Of a DNA stretch of 64,000 nucleotides, positions 14,561-29,300 are shown piece by piece. The notes beneath the pieces are model-generated. The model searched no databases, was not told the DNA's origin, and saw only the letters and a program-made list of their open reading frames with translations. Where the stretch lies: NCBI GenBank assembly GCA_048128005.1, contig JBEUKZ010000115.1, positions 1 to 64,000 on the forward strand. Direction: 5' to 3'. Every line of letters starts with the position of its first letter. Position 1 is the first letter of the stretch. The translations under genes were made by a program, and so were the position numbers. Origin of the DNA: Veleropilina oligotropha (taxonomy: Eukaryota).

Positions 14561-14778
14561 CCCACTACATCTCTGGTGGGTCCACTTTTTATATGTCGTA
14601 CAATTTATCGAGTTGACGGCTACCCCTTGCGCACATTCCACATGGTCATGCACCGGACCCTGATACCACCCTGGTGGCATAACTGCGGAGTGTCCGGTGC
14701 ATGGTCATGTGAAGCAATAAAGTTATATGACAATACAGTTATTGACACTAATTGGATTAGAGATCAGGCGTGAAGTCC

Positions 14779-15905
14779 ATGTATTTGGGTCTCGTAATAT
14801 ATATACATGTATTTGGGTCTCATATTGTATATACATGTATTTGGGTCTCGTATTGTATATACATTTATTTGGGTCTCTTATTGTATAGACATGTATTTGG
14901 GTCTCGTATTGTATATACATGTATTTGGGTCTTGTATCGTATATACATGCATTTGGGTTTCGTCTCGTATATACATGTATTTGGGTCTCATATTGTATAT
15001 ACATGTATTTGGGTCTCGTATTGTATATACATGTATTTGGGCCTCGTATTGTATATACATGTATTTGGGTCTCGTATCGTATATACATGTATTTGGGTCT
15101 CGTATCGTATATACATGTATTTGGGTCTCGTATCGTATATACATGTATTTGGGTCTCTTATTGTATACACATGTATTTGGGTCTCATATTGTATATACAT
15201 GTATTTGGGTCTCGTATTGTATATACATGTATTTGGGTCTCATATTGTATATACATGTATTTGGGTCTCGCATTGTATATACATGTATTTGGGTCTCGTA
15301 TCGTATATACATGTATTTGGGCCTCGTATTGTATATACATGTATTTGGGTCTCGTATCGTATATACATGTATTTGGGTCTCGTATCGTATATACATGTAT
15401 TTGGGTCTCTTATTGTATACACATGTATTTGGGTCTCATATTGTATATACATGTATTTGGGTCTCGTATCGTATATACATGTATTTGGGCCTCGTATTGT
15501 ATATACATGTATTTGGGTCTCGTATCGTATATACATGTATTTGGGTCTCGTATCGTATATACATGTATTTGGGTCTCTTATTGTATACACATGTATTTGG
15601 GTCTCATATTGTATATACATGTATTTGGGTCTCGTATTGTATATACATGTATTTGGGTCTCATATTGTATATACATGTATTTGGGTCTCGCATTGTATAT
15701 ACATGTATTTGGGTCTCGTATTGTATATACAAGTATTTGGGTCTCCTATTGTATATACATGTATTTGGGTCTCATATTGTATATACATGTATTTGGGTCT
15801 CATATTGTATATACATGTATTTGGGTCTCGTATTGTATATACAAGTATTTGGGTCTCCTATTGTATATACATGTATTGGGTATCGTATTGTATATACATG
15901 TATTT
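14779..15905. repeat. 28-bp minisatellite (CATGTATTTGGGTCTCGTATTGTATATA), about 40 copies
   Basis: Direct head-to-tail repeats. Confidence 0.97.
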
Positions 15906-17312
15906 GCACGATGCTTTCCCACACACGTCTACGATGTTGTGTATACTGTTAGACTCTTGGCGAATTCTACCTCGTTGTACGATATTGCAGCTAATTATAA
16001 TTCGCACCTTGTGAGTCCGCCTTTATTGTCATATTAAAATGAACATGGATCATGTGAACAACACGAATGATCCTCTATACATGTACTCACTTTTCCAAAA
16101 CTAAAACAAAAAATATATTTTTAAATTTTTTATTATTTGAAAATATCCTTTTGTAAATATCATGCAATGCAAATATCTTCCGACAGCTAATGAAATATCC
16201 ACCACAAATGATGTCATAGAGACACGGGTTATAATCTGGCTTTATAAATCGCTAATAAATTTGATATAAAAGTCATATGATTTAATTGAATTGTAATGTC
16301 TTTAGATGAGTTTTATATAGCACAACAACAACAAATAAGCAAGTAGTAAAAACAAAACACGACGACAGCAGCATATAATGGTCCACAGTTGACAACAAAC
16401 ATAATGCGAGCAGTATATCATTATATGTTGTCTGCAAAACATTGATGGCATAACCAATTTCCATGATATATTCTCTTTTGTCTCAAATTTGAAGCAAAAA
16501 TCGGTTAATGACTGCAAAACACACAGAAGAAATTTCTGCAGATGCGAAATGGAAACAAAAGAATGACTACTGTCTTCATGCTTTTTCATGAATCGGGCAT
16601 TGTGTGAGGGCCACGCCATTGGCTATGGAATTTAGCTTCCATCACTCAACTGATCGTGGAATTGGATTAAAGTCTTTTTCTCTGAGAGTTTGTGGAGTCC
16701 ATAACTGAACGAGATGGATGGGTTTTCATTGGATCCTCAGGGATTTGCCCAACGATAATTTGGACATGTATCCGTATGACCATAAATGTGACAATTGGAC
16801 AATAAACACATGTTCTGTTTTCTGCTGATTTTAACGTTTGGGGTTACAGTTATTTCACCTGGTTGTCAATGCAAATTCTGGGCCAGTTTACAAGGAAGAC
16901 ATGTCATTCGATTATTATGCAGTATTTAAAACAAACATGCTGAACATTGTATGTCAGATGAATAAATACAGGTTATGAGGTGGTTAATTTTAATTTTATG
17001 ATTAACACACATTATGAAATGTGTATATGTACACAGTAATTTAAATGCAAACTTCAATACGCATGGCAAAACAATAATGGGTCTATGATAAGGAAATATT
17101 ATAATTCTATTTTATTATGAACATACTGATAACATTATAAATTAATATTATGTAAATGATATATACACATTATGCAACATGGCTGAAAAATAATGTCTGT
17201 AACAAAATTTGGCTTATCTTCATTATCACCACAACCTTGTAAAGATCATTGAAAATCTGTACATATTTACACAAATAAATGTTATTTACAATCGTAAGAA
17301 AGTAAGAACACA

Positions 17313-18070
17313 ATGACATTACATAAGACCAGGGCAGCAGATATCATCATGACATTACACAAGACCAGGGCAGCAGATATCATCATGACATTACATAAGA
17401 CCAGGGCAGCAGATATCATCATGACATTACATCAGACCAGGGCAGCAGATATCATCGTGACATTACACAAGACCAGGGCAGCAGATATCATCATGACATT
17501 ACACAAGACCAGGGCAGCAGACATCATCATGACATTACATCAGACCAGGGCAGCAGATATCATCATGACATTACATAAGACCAGGGCAGCAGATATCATC
17601 ATGACATTACACAAGACCAGGGCAGCAGATATCATCATTACATTACATCAGACCAGGGCAGCAGATATCATCATGACATTACATAAGACCAGGGAGGAAG
17701 GGAGGAATGATGCTTAATGTCCTGTATATTTACTACATCAAGGTTCAAGGCAGAACATGTCCGTGTTATCGCGGGAGGAAACCCCGGTCGCCCGGGTAAA
17801 CCCGCCCTCTTCGGCCAGTCACGGACAACTGTGATTCATAACTTGAACAAATGTCAATGCCTCTGCCAGGTATTGAACCCACTACTGTTCGTATTAGCGG
17901 AATCAAGCCAGTGAATTTAGAGTGGACACTCTTACCCACTGCGCTGCCGAAGCGGCCTAACACATAAGACCAGGGCAGCAGATATCATCATGACATTAGA
18001 TAAGACCAGGGCAGCAGATATCATCATGACTTTACATAAGACCAGGGCAGCAGATATCATCATGACATTA
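17313..18070. repeat. 36-bp minisatellite (ATGACATTACATAAGACCAGGGCAGCAGATATCATC) interrupted by a SINE
   Basis: About 10.5 units before and 3 after the SINE. Confidence 0.95.
17695..17960 (-). mobile_element. Full-length tRNA-derived SINE with 14-bp TSD
   Basis: Minus strand GGCAGCGCAGTGG (A box), GGTTCAATACC (B box), (TTCC)-like tail; TSD acataagaccaggg at 17681-17694 and 17962-17975. Confidence 0.88.
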
Positions 18071-20159
18071 ATACAAGTCTCAGCATCATTTTACATAAAG
18101 TTCTACACACAAACATGTTGTAAATGTGTACACATAAACTACAGACAGCCTCAATAATTGGAACCCAATCATTTTCGATTATATCTGTCTGCGTTGCTTG
18201 TACATCACAGAGATTAACATCACAACATGACGTGATAATTATGCTCATTATGATTATACACGTGCAACACTTTTTGCTGCAAAAATACAAACAATGGATA
18301 CTAGGATCACACTCTCATCATCTTCCACTAGATCTTTCCGTTTAGTAACCTGAAAATGTCCTTCATTATTTTGGCACAATTTCCATAAAATGGCTTCATC
18401 AGACTGTGCATGGACCAAAGCGGATAAACAATGGTCCAGCATTATCGCCCTGAGGAATGCGCGACGTCAAATTCTCAATTGTAAACAACACTAGCGTATT
18501 CTTGCAACAGAATACTTCATGAAATATTATGCAACTATTGTAAAATCAAATCAAGAATTCAACTTTGTTTCGCTTTCGTCAATCTCATTGAGATTGTCGG
18601 ATATGATTGTTCAGATGCCTTCAGATTTATCAAAATTGTATTAGATAGTCGTTGTCAGATAACACATTATTTATGTCTGCCATCTTTGGACATATCTATA
18701 TTATTGGTTACTAATTCTTCATGAAACTGGAAATTTGAACAAGAGTTATTCACATTTTTATCTGTACGCCAAACATTTTATTAAATCGTGGAATCCAATA
18801 TATTTCCCACTTTAGGCCAACACAACAATTGATCAATATTTTTAACTAGGATCGAGTGTCGTCAATTGAGAATGAACAAATTTTCCAGTCACATAATATT
18901 AAGTGTTAAAACAAACCTAGGTATTAACCACTAACTAAACAAATACAGATTAGACCTAATTTGCATAATTCAAGTGGGACGGATAACATCATTCACGTTA
19001 TCATACAGCAGAGGCACAATGTATATTACGTTGAGTTGTGATCACGAGATAATACAGCTTGTGACAATGCAGATATGGGTAACAGGTTTTTTTTATCAAA
19101 TATAAAAAAATACAAGTAATCAATTATCATTAAAATAAACTTAATATAAACATCTACTGAGCCAATGAATTGGTATGAAAATTGTTATGGAAAAGGTCCT
19201 TATTTGGCACATGAGCATGCCGACGTCTGCCTAGGTCACATATTACACTGGACGCCATGTGATGGAATATAATCGTACGGCGTACCCCGACATCGGAGAA
19301 GAATCGTTTTTGGTAAAAATCTGTGCCATGGTCACATTAGATACGATGCGCGTACGGACTGACACAATTTTTTGGGTGGTCAAATCGTGCAGACATCGTT
19401 TGGTGACATTATCATCCCGTAAGGTTACCTTACGATGTTTGTACGATGTCCCGACACCGTAAGGATGTTCTATGAGCTTCCTACGATCTCTCACAGAGTA
19501 AGGTAACCGCAAGGTGTCAATACGATATGCCTGCAATGATTTTCTGTTTTTCCAAATTATACAATCTTCAAAAAATTTCACGTTAAAACTTGTCGATGAC
19601 CCTACGATGCCCCCAAAATCGATGAAAAAGTCACTGATGGCCACACAATGTTGCCGATGCCCGTAAAACACACGTCATATGGACGCCGTATCCGCTTATG
19701 ATGTATTTGAACGAAAACAAAGGTAATTGGCTAAATATGAATGCTGACACTCATCATAATGATCCATCATTCAATACAGAACAATTATGCACAGAAATAC
19801 TATGTTACATTTATCAATCTAAGGTAAACAGACAAGTGAAACACTGCATGTGCCACTGTAATTTTATGTGCGAGCCTGCCACACATATATCAATTATACA
19901 AAATAAATATTTAAAATTTTATTTCATTACTTGAAAAACAAATGGCATTTAACTGGAAAATAAACGGAAACCACATATTACTAGCACTTTCACACAACCG
20001 TGTCACATCTACATGTCATATAATGCATTGTTCACATGCAAAGAGAATATGCAGCATGATGACAATATGCAGCCATTAATACATGCATTACTTAATTCCT
20101 GAGCTTCATGTTCAACGCCAGCGCTCACACTGTCATCCTAGCGCGTCTCACCCTCTCTG

Positions 20160-20355
20160 TCAATTGAACTCGGTGATCATCTCTCCAGTCAGTAATGCAG
20201 CGGCCTCACGGAGACAGAGGATCAACCGCGTGACCTGCTCCTGGACGTCACTCGTCGTAGCATCACTGTCTCGCTGCCGCATCAAGGCGGTCATAATCCC
20301 CGGGAAATACAAAACACGGCTCAGATCCTCGGGGTGAGGCGCTAACAAGGCATTT
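20160..20355 (-). CDS. M28B-like gene, last coding exon (18)
   Basis: [20 protein letters not shown]...EAAALL...EFN-stop; AG acceptor at 20356-20357. Confidence 0.9.
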
Positions 20356-23300
20356 CTGTAAAAAACAGTGTCCCAGTGTAGTATTCATACATCATAACTA
20401 GACATATTATCAATATTATCGCGGGAGGGAACCCGGCCAATCATCGACAACTGAACTAAGAGAGCCCGCCAAGGATTCAGTTGGTTGGAAACTTTGTTTT
20501 ACGACCTTTTAGCCTTAATTAACGCAGTCGGGACACCTGGATTAATGTCTCCTCCGATCTGACCGACATACATTAGGGATATGCTCTCTATTATTTTAAG
20601 TGGTAGAATAAACCGCCGGCTGGCCTCGAACCAGCCCTCCTGGCTGTCTCGGTGGAGTCTCTGATGCGCTATCCACTCACCCGCCGAAGCAGTTACCCAG
20701 GATTCAATTCCAAGCACTTATGCTTAAGTTGGGAATAATTACTATTAAACAGAGAAACATAGTTTAACAGAGAAACATAGTTTTCTAAAATAAAGACAAG
20801 CACGAACCTGTAGTGTGGTTGTCCGGGGATTCCCTCATCAAGAATAAAGGCTCTGGATAGCTGCAGAATCTTATCATTCACCTGATAATATTCGAAGTCA
20901 CTGAAAGAAAGAAATTTACATGAAACAACTGCATGATTTGAAATCTAAACTTTTTCTAACAAGCCAATGTGATGGTGAATAATTTCATGTTGAATGAGAA
21001 GAAACACAAGGACCCCTAATGCTGATCCTCCATCAGCTCGAAATTTCATTTATTGAGACAGATATCGTGGGTACATTTCATACCCCTACCCGGTGAATCC
21101 CACTCGCATTGTGAATCATGCATGCTTTATTTGAGTTGCAACAACTCGGCCGCCTCTGCTGTTATATGCAAGATTTGGAACTTATTCTCACTGAATACAT
21201 CAAGTAAATATCCTTTACAACTAACATAATGCTGATAACGAGTTCCGTATGAATGGAGTTAACGAAGGTTTCCTCGTTTTACCTGGTAGCTTTATGGCAG
21301 GTGTTTTAATCAAGCATCAACAATTCACGCTACAAATTACTTACCTAGCATTGCCTCTTTTCATCAGGTCTTGAACTTGATTATAAAAGTAAACTGTAGA
21401 ACTAACAAACTTCCACATGGTACTATTAATATTTTCTGCAAAATAGAAATAATTGTATTTATTATATTATAAAACGATATTTACAAATTACAGTGACAAC
21501 ACTTCAAATCTATTCAATGCTACATAATTTAATTTCTTCAAAACAGGAATAATTTAATTTCTTCAAAACAGGAATACTGATAATTTATTGTTGAAATATT
21601 ATTCATGTTATTATCAGCATGTAATATGTATTGCAACAAACCAAATTATGTGCAGTTATAATTCTCAATTTAAAAAAGTTTCATGTTCTTGCAATGAAAA
21701 CTTTCAATTGCGATTCTTGTTCAATCAAATTCCATAATTCAGATCTGGCGTCTACGGTGATACACCAACCTCTGTATGTCAGCATCCACTGGTGCTCATA
21801 GCTCAGAGACGTCTTGGATCCCTCACCATCAAGATATTAATATGTTCCCATTTTAACATTGATTCTGTGTTACCATTGCATATAAAACTACAGAGAATAT
21901 TTCATCGTTCAGTCTTGTTTCACTAAAAGTTATATTGATATGCTACTTTCTAGTACTGTAGCATAAATAAAGTCGTAGGATCATTAAAAAAGTACACACA
22001 TATAGATCCGTGAATGCTCTTTATACCTACCTAATGATGATGGCGGTAATTCTGACTTGTGTTGCTTGAGTAACGAGTGTCCTGTTATAAATGTTGTAAC
22101 ATAGTTATGAACATCTAAGGGAAGGATGGGCGAATCCGCTAATTGTAAAATCACTTCGCAAACTATCTGTGCCACTGTGAAGTGCAGTTTATAATCTGGA
22201 TCTATAAAAGTTGTCACGTAGTGAAGCGTGTCTTCAAGCGTGTTATACGTCGGATATGTTGGTAAATTAGGATATTTCTGCAAGTGATAAATGTAAGAAC
22301 ATGCATTGTGAGTAGGAAATAACAGGCAGCACAAGACACATCCTGGTGCACACTATCTTTTAAAACAGTCTCAATGATTGGTCCTATACTGCCGAAATTT
22401 TGTCAATTACAAATCTTTGCCATACAAAAATAATGTGTATTTTTCATACGGAGACAAAGTTGTTGAAAAATTCATTCACATTTAATTACCAATCCACAAG
22501 TTGAGTTTGTAAATTGTAAAATAAAAAAACAAGTATATTTATAAGTTAAAATGCTAACAAGTGAGTGACGAGTGAGAACCTTAGTCTAAAGTAAGGAAAC
22601 TTCTTTGACAAGGAGCAGAGGCTACGACATCAGAGGTGTAGCCTCATCCCACCCCCCCATCAAAACATTGGAAGAGAAACAAATATACAAACACCAGGTC
22701 AAATTCATAGGAGTTTGGCATCAAATTTACCTTCATATTGTATGTGTATGCTGGTGATAACGTTGGAATGCCAAGAAGATATAAAAATGGCGAGTGATCA
22801 CCCTCGCCACCTGGTGGAGGAACGCTGAAACAAAGTGAGATAATTATAAGCCTAAGGACAAAATTATACAAAATACAACTATATTTTCTAGGTTTCAACA
22901 CATACAGCTAGATGAATAACATACTATCAGTACTCCAATCCAGTTAAACAGATATTCATCTCACAGCATGAGTTAAAAGTGCATGCATAATATCCAGAGT
23001 CTTTTACTGTGGACTTTAACATGTCAGCAATAGGTTATAGATGTCTCGTCATCAAGATGCTGATAGTTAACTACTCTATCTATTATTATGTAAATACAGC
23101 TAAAACAACATCTATGGATACGTATATATTTGATTTCGAATTTATGTTATTTGATAAGCATTATTTTCCGATTTTGCCAACAAAATCCTGCAGCAATTCA
23201 ATTATGGTACTATACTTTGATGCATCAGTTTTGAAAATGGTTCAAACTATGACTCTACTTTCTACAACTGGCTTGATATTTCGTGTCAATGAAAATTATG

Positions 23301-26300
23301 AGATTTTAATACATATATATTGATACGAGATTGAGTCAAATCTGCAATTTTTGCAGTACCTTGAAAACAGATTCCTTGTTTTATCCGGAAATTTCTGGGT
23401 CCACATGTCCAGGACCGTCTTGTCCGGATGATCGGGATCTGGGCAGGGGACTTTCCGAGCAGCCAGCCGAATTAATCCCGCCAGCATCGGACTAGCCTCT
23501 GCATAGAAACTGTAATTACCTGGAAAGAAAAGAATCCCATTTGTTACAGGATGGTAAGTGACACAGAATGCCACAAACTTACGTATAATCAGGGATGTGC
23601 CAGGAATTTTTGAGTGCCGGGTATAACATCATTTTACATGTCAATTTTCGGTGCCGTATAAAAAAGTTTTACAAATATTATGCATCTCAAAAGCAAATTT
23701 CCTGATATCTAATTGTCATTTAGATCCTACAATTTATAATACAATGTACATTAAATATAAGATTTATAGTGTTAAATTATATATTATTAATCTCATGCCT
23801 GTTTTTAAACATCGATTATTCAAATATACTGATGGGATGATATCTAAATATTTTTGTTTGTGCCTGGTGTGGGCTCATCCCTGTATAATATGCGGAAATA
23901 TTTAAAACTAGAAATATGTCCATCGGACACGAATGCCCCCACTGGCAGCCTTGACCATAGGGGCAGTGTACAAAGTATCAAGTCAATCCATGAAGGCAAA
24001 TAGAAGTTATAGCAGATTGGAGTTGCTTACACGCAAATACTGGTTGCTTACACGCAAATACTGGTTCGGACGGGACGGGACGGACGGACAAGAGTAAATC
24101 TAAATGCCACCCCAATAAATTGGTGGTGGCATAAAAATTTGCAATGAACATTAATTTATTTAATCAAGTTGCATATTATTTGTATAGAACAATTAACAAA
24201 ATGATTTCAAATAAGTAATTCCTGGTTTCTTGTGCGTGGAGGCCGCTTCGGCAGCGCAGTGGGTAGAGTGTCCACTCTAAACTTACTGGCTTGATTCCGC
24301 TAATGCGAACAGTAGTGGGTTCAATACGGACATGTCCTGCCTTGAACCTCGATGTTGTAAATATACAGGACATTAAGCATCATTCCTCCCTTCCTCCCTC
24401 CCTTGTGCGTGAAAGTGGCAGTCATCATTCAGGGGGTGAGCATGGTGGAGGGAGGGAGGAATGATGATTAATGTCCTGTATATTTAAAACATTGATGTTC
24501 AAGGCAGGACATGTCCGTGTTTTCGCGGGAGGAAACCCCGGTCGCCCGGGTAAACCCACCCCCTTCGGCCAGTCGCGGGCAACTGTGATTCATAACTTGA
24601 ACAAATGTCAATGCCTCAGCCAGATATTGAACCCACTACTGTTCGCATTAGCAGAATCAAGCCAGTGAATTTAGAGTGGACACTCTTACCCACTGCGCTG
24701 CCGAAGCGGCCCCCGAGCAGGGTGGAGTGAATGGTAAAAATGAATGAAAATATAAAACAGTAAAATAGGGACTATTTGAAATTATGTGTCAGACATTACA
24801 CATTGTATAATTATGTGGTCTTGGTTAGGGCTGTCACATCTACACGTGTACACGGTATCGTTTCGTGTACGTCCGATAAATATTTACAAACTTCGGCTAC
24901 TGTTTACACGAAAGATCACGTGTTATGACGTAACTAATTTAAATAGTTCAAAGTTGATGACAAATCAGACGTTGGAAGTGTTTTCTAGTATTGTAGAAAT
25001 GACCTACTGACGATAAGTAGATGTACTGATGATGTAGATGTAAATGTAGCCGTTGCTAAGTTTACGCTAAAATAGTGGTAATGTTCGCTGGGGACAATAT
25101 ATACGAGCGTCAAATCAATCCGAATATTTACGTGCTTTGTTGACGATAATCGCATTACAGCGAATTAAGTCCATCTCAGATACATGAAAGCAGTTACAAA
25201 ACACTCAAATTACTGCAAAATCATTATTTTAAAGTCACTTTTAGGTGTCCAAATACCTGTAAGTGTTGCCTTCCATAGCTAAAATTAAATTACGTCCTTT
25301 TTGAATTAGCTACCACTGCTTGACCTATTTGCGCAAAATATTGTAACTTATTAAAAACAATATAATTTTTCATTTGTATATTTACAATGTGTTTATTTCC
25401 CAACATTTGCTTCAAGTCGAAGCTAATTAATTATGCAGAAAGTCATATGGAAATCCGTAATACAGCTAGTGATTGGTTGGCTGGGGAATCCATCGGCGAA
25501 TCCCAGCCGTAACAAATATTTAGATTGGTTATTTCCCAGTACAGCATTGCAGTTATTTTTACACCTTTCATAGCATTACATGATGGCTATTCGGAAGCGT
25601 GATTGCGGTGAGCGAGTTTGTTTGAAAAATGATGTTTATTGAGAGTACGTAATGAATTAAAGCTTAAAATAAAAGTTACATGAATAAACTCAACGATAAG
25701 TTCAGAGGATGAAGAATAGTAGCTAGGCCTAAGACATACAATACGTCTTATAAATATATCATCTTATCAAGTCTATATCTTTTTAGTTTACACGGAATCG
25801 TTTCGAGTTTAAACGTTTATAAAAATTTGTAAACGTGACAGCCCTAGTCTTGGTGATATTCCTTTCAACAACATACACTACAAGCTGTGCAACTATATTG
25901 GATCTCCATTAATTTTCTACGCCTTGATAGCGCTTATTGTGTCCCGTACCTCGGACGACAGAGTCCAGGTTGATGTACGCCACTGCGCCCGCGGAGAGCT
26001 CTTTCTCGTACTCCTGAAATACATCAAAGTTAAAATAACGACTTAATTAAATTAATTAAGTTATTAAATGACAGGGAAATGAATATACAATATTAGTACA
26101 TTAAACTAGAAATATGTACATGGGACACAAAATTCAAATGCCCCCACTGTTATAACAGAATGGAGTTACTTGCACGCAAATACTGGTTATCGGGACAGGA
26201 CGGACGGACAAGGGTAAATCTAAATGCCCCTGCAAATAAATTGGTAAAGTAGTTCCAAGTAGTTGAGAAGATGTTGTTAGTTCCAAGTACTCAACCTTAT

Positions 26301-29300
26301 CTTCTACTTATCCCTACCTGCACCCATTCATATGCGCCGATGGAGCCAAACTTAGAGGCATCCCATAATGCAAATATAATGGTCCTTCTGGGTTTCCATC
26401 CTAAAATATTACATGCAGATTCAATACAGTATTCAACCCTAAATTGTTATATTACACAAGGTACCATCTGATCAAAATTATATAAGACAGGGCATCATGT
26501 CGTGGGTGGTATGTGTATACGCGAGCGAAGTGGTTAAATCACCAGAGACGTCAACATTTAAATTTCTTTTGTCATGACAGTCAATGACCAGGTGAGTGTC
26601 ACAGCTTTTATTATTTAATGTAAAAAGCTGCTCCGACAGTCGTGTTGTTTCGGTTGTGTTTCCGGAAAAATCACTGGCTTGATTCCCGCTGACACGAACA
26701 GTAGTGGGTTCGAACCTTGGTTGGGTCATGACATTATTTGTTAAAGTTATGAGTCACAGTTGTCCGTAACTGGTCAGAGATGGCAGGTTTCCCCGGGTCG
26801 ACCGGGTTTTCCTCCCGCGATAATATGGACATGTCCTGCTTTGAACCTACTGATGGTTGGAAATATACAGGATATTAAGCATCGATCCTTTCATTTCTAT
26901 TAATGTAAAAGGATCTAAAATGTCATCCCACAACAGATGGCCATACCAGTCTTCAGTTGATTGGTGTAGGCCGTTACGAGCTCTAGCAGGATCGCGAAGC
27001 CGGTGCCGATCTCCACGGCGCCCGTAGTATAAGCGTCGTGATGGGCACCAATAATGACGTATTTATCTACAAGATAAAACTACATGTCGATAAACTACTA
27101 CATTTGAGCATTAATTTTAATTAGAAACTACCAGACTAAACAAAAAGCAAACATGTTATTTCGAGTGCTCTGATTGAAACAAATTTTTCTTGACAAAGCA
27201 AAATCTGAAATCACCGAAACAATAACCAGACATTAGAATAATAACGTTAAAATGCGGGTTTAGGGTATCGACCCCTGGGCTCTCATGACTTGCTTGGTTA
27301 TCAGCCTGTTTGATTTGAGAGCTATTACAGACTACATGCTTTGATTACCATACTGACAATTTCTGTCAGGTATTTACCGAACTTACTCCATTGCCAAAGG
27401 GAAAGCAATGTAATCTGGCTGATGCCATGGACGTCTTCAGCCATGACTGCCCGCAATAAATCATATCGAATAACTTAATTATTTATCAACAGAAATTGTT
27501 TTAGCATGTTTTTGAGTTGCCGACCTTTCTCGTAGCGGCCATGTATGACGCCTATAAGGTTCGTTATCGGCCGCTGGGTCAGGTTGTTCCGTACAGACAG
27601 TCGTACAACTCTGGAACAAAGTAGACACGATGATATCACAAATTCTTCATACATCAAAGGAAATCATTTGAATGTGATTGCATTTACTGGATGAGAATGT
27701 CAATCGCTATGCTATTTATCCATATGCTGTTTTTCGAACACTTTATAGAAACTGTTCAGTCATATTGCAGTGTGGACTCTCTGAAATAGCTCCTCTCCCC
27801 CGATCACTTATACGCTTATCAGTATTAATTATTTTAAGTGGTAAAATATGATGGACTTTTATCTTCATCAAACCTAACAACCACAGTCATTAAGATATCG
27901 ATACATCAACCCCTCTGCCACTGGAGTGCTGACAGACACGCAACCCGTGAATGCTGTGAGGAGTACATACTTGTCAGCCTGTGGTTTCGCCAGATGTGGC
28001 CAGGAATCGTCACTGACATCGAGCCCGCCGGAGGACATGAGTGTGACGGAAGGGTTCAGGCTCCTACACAGAAATCAACAAATTGAATACAGAGCTAGTA
28101 ACCACCGACACCAGAAACATTCAACTTGCAAGTTACAGACATAGAAAAGGAAAGTAGACATGAGATGAAGTTTCCATTAAATTACGGAATTTTGACAGTT
28201 ATTTCAAGATATTTGTAAGTATAATTTTCAAAGAATAAATAGTATATTAACAAATGATGGTGCAATGTTTGCAATTGTTTCTTTTATAAATAATGAACAC
28301 AATTGACAGTCTGAAAAATAGATATAAGAAAACTACAGATTATGACACTGACCTCGGGTCACTCTACAAAATAATGAAGTCGCCGTCTGCATCGACTGTC
28401 ATTCTTACAAGATAATACATCAGACTAATCAATGCTATTTATCAATATTGAATAGACTTACATGTCATAAACAGGCTAGAATGTGTGTTTCTTACAATAT
28501 ATCATTGCAGACATACCCTCTTACGATGTCATGTTCTACTGACTAAATCCAATTAATATCAGTATTCATCAGCAAAACAAATGAAATGAATCCGTATCTC
28601 TTGAACAAAGCAGAAAACAACGCATCTAAGACAAGACATGAAAGATAACCCACAACAAACATGAACATCCACATGCCGAATGCACAAACAGAAGAACACA
28701 TACAATCATCCAATATTTCATATCCCTAAGCTGCACACAGCTTACTTGACGAGTTTCACTGCATCTTGACCGCTGATGGTATGAACAGGAATCTTGGGAA
28801 AGCTGTCCGTGTCGTCTGGCACGATAGGAATGCCATCTGTAATCAACAAAGAGCAACAATGATTATCAGAGATCAGATGACAAGCCCTCACCAAAAATCC
28901 ATTAGAATAACCACAATCCATATCAATATCAAAGTATCAATTTATATTTAATTATATTCCATTGCAAGTGAACAACCATTATACATGTCCATATCATACT
29001 GTTTCTCACACACGCTCCAGTAGAGTTCCCATTATTCTGCACGGCATCGATATGCACACACTGCATTTGTCTTATCACAGTCACAAATATATCCTCCGTA
29101 TCCGGAAAATCTTAATCCATATCCTGACAAATAATATATATATCCTTGCGCTGATTACTTTCATAACGATTTGATGTTTTAACAATTTAAATTCCATTTA
29201 AAGGAATAAATAGAAATCATAAGACTGGACTACTAGTATTTTAAACATGACGACGGTATCAATGTACGACGACGGTATCGATGTACGACGACGGTATCAA

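Noticed and set aside
14723..16037. Long ORFs of 370-414 aa in several frames
   Set aside because: Stop-free 28-bp tandem repeat, not coding
21345..21435. TfR RGD transferrin-binding motif
   Set aside because: Only RGN is present and not at the equivalent helix position, so direct TfR orthology is not claimed and no gene symbol is given
23590..23883. hAT MITE with cagggatg/catccctg ends
   Set aside because: The TIR is short and the flanks match over only 6 bp rather than 8; insufficient evidence
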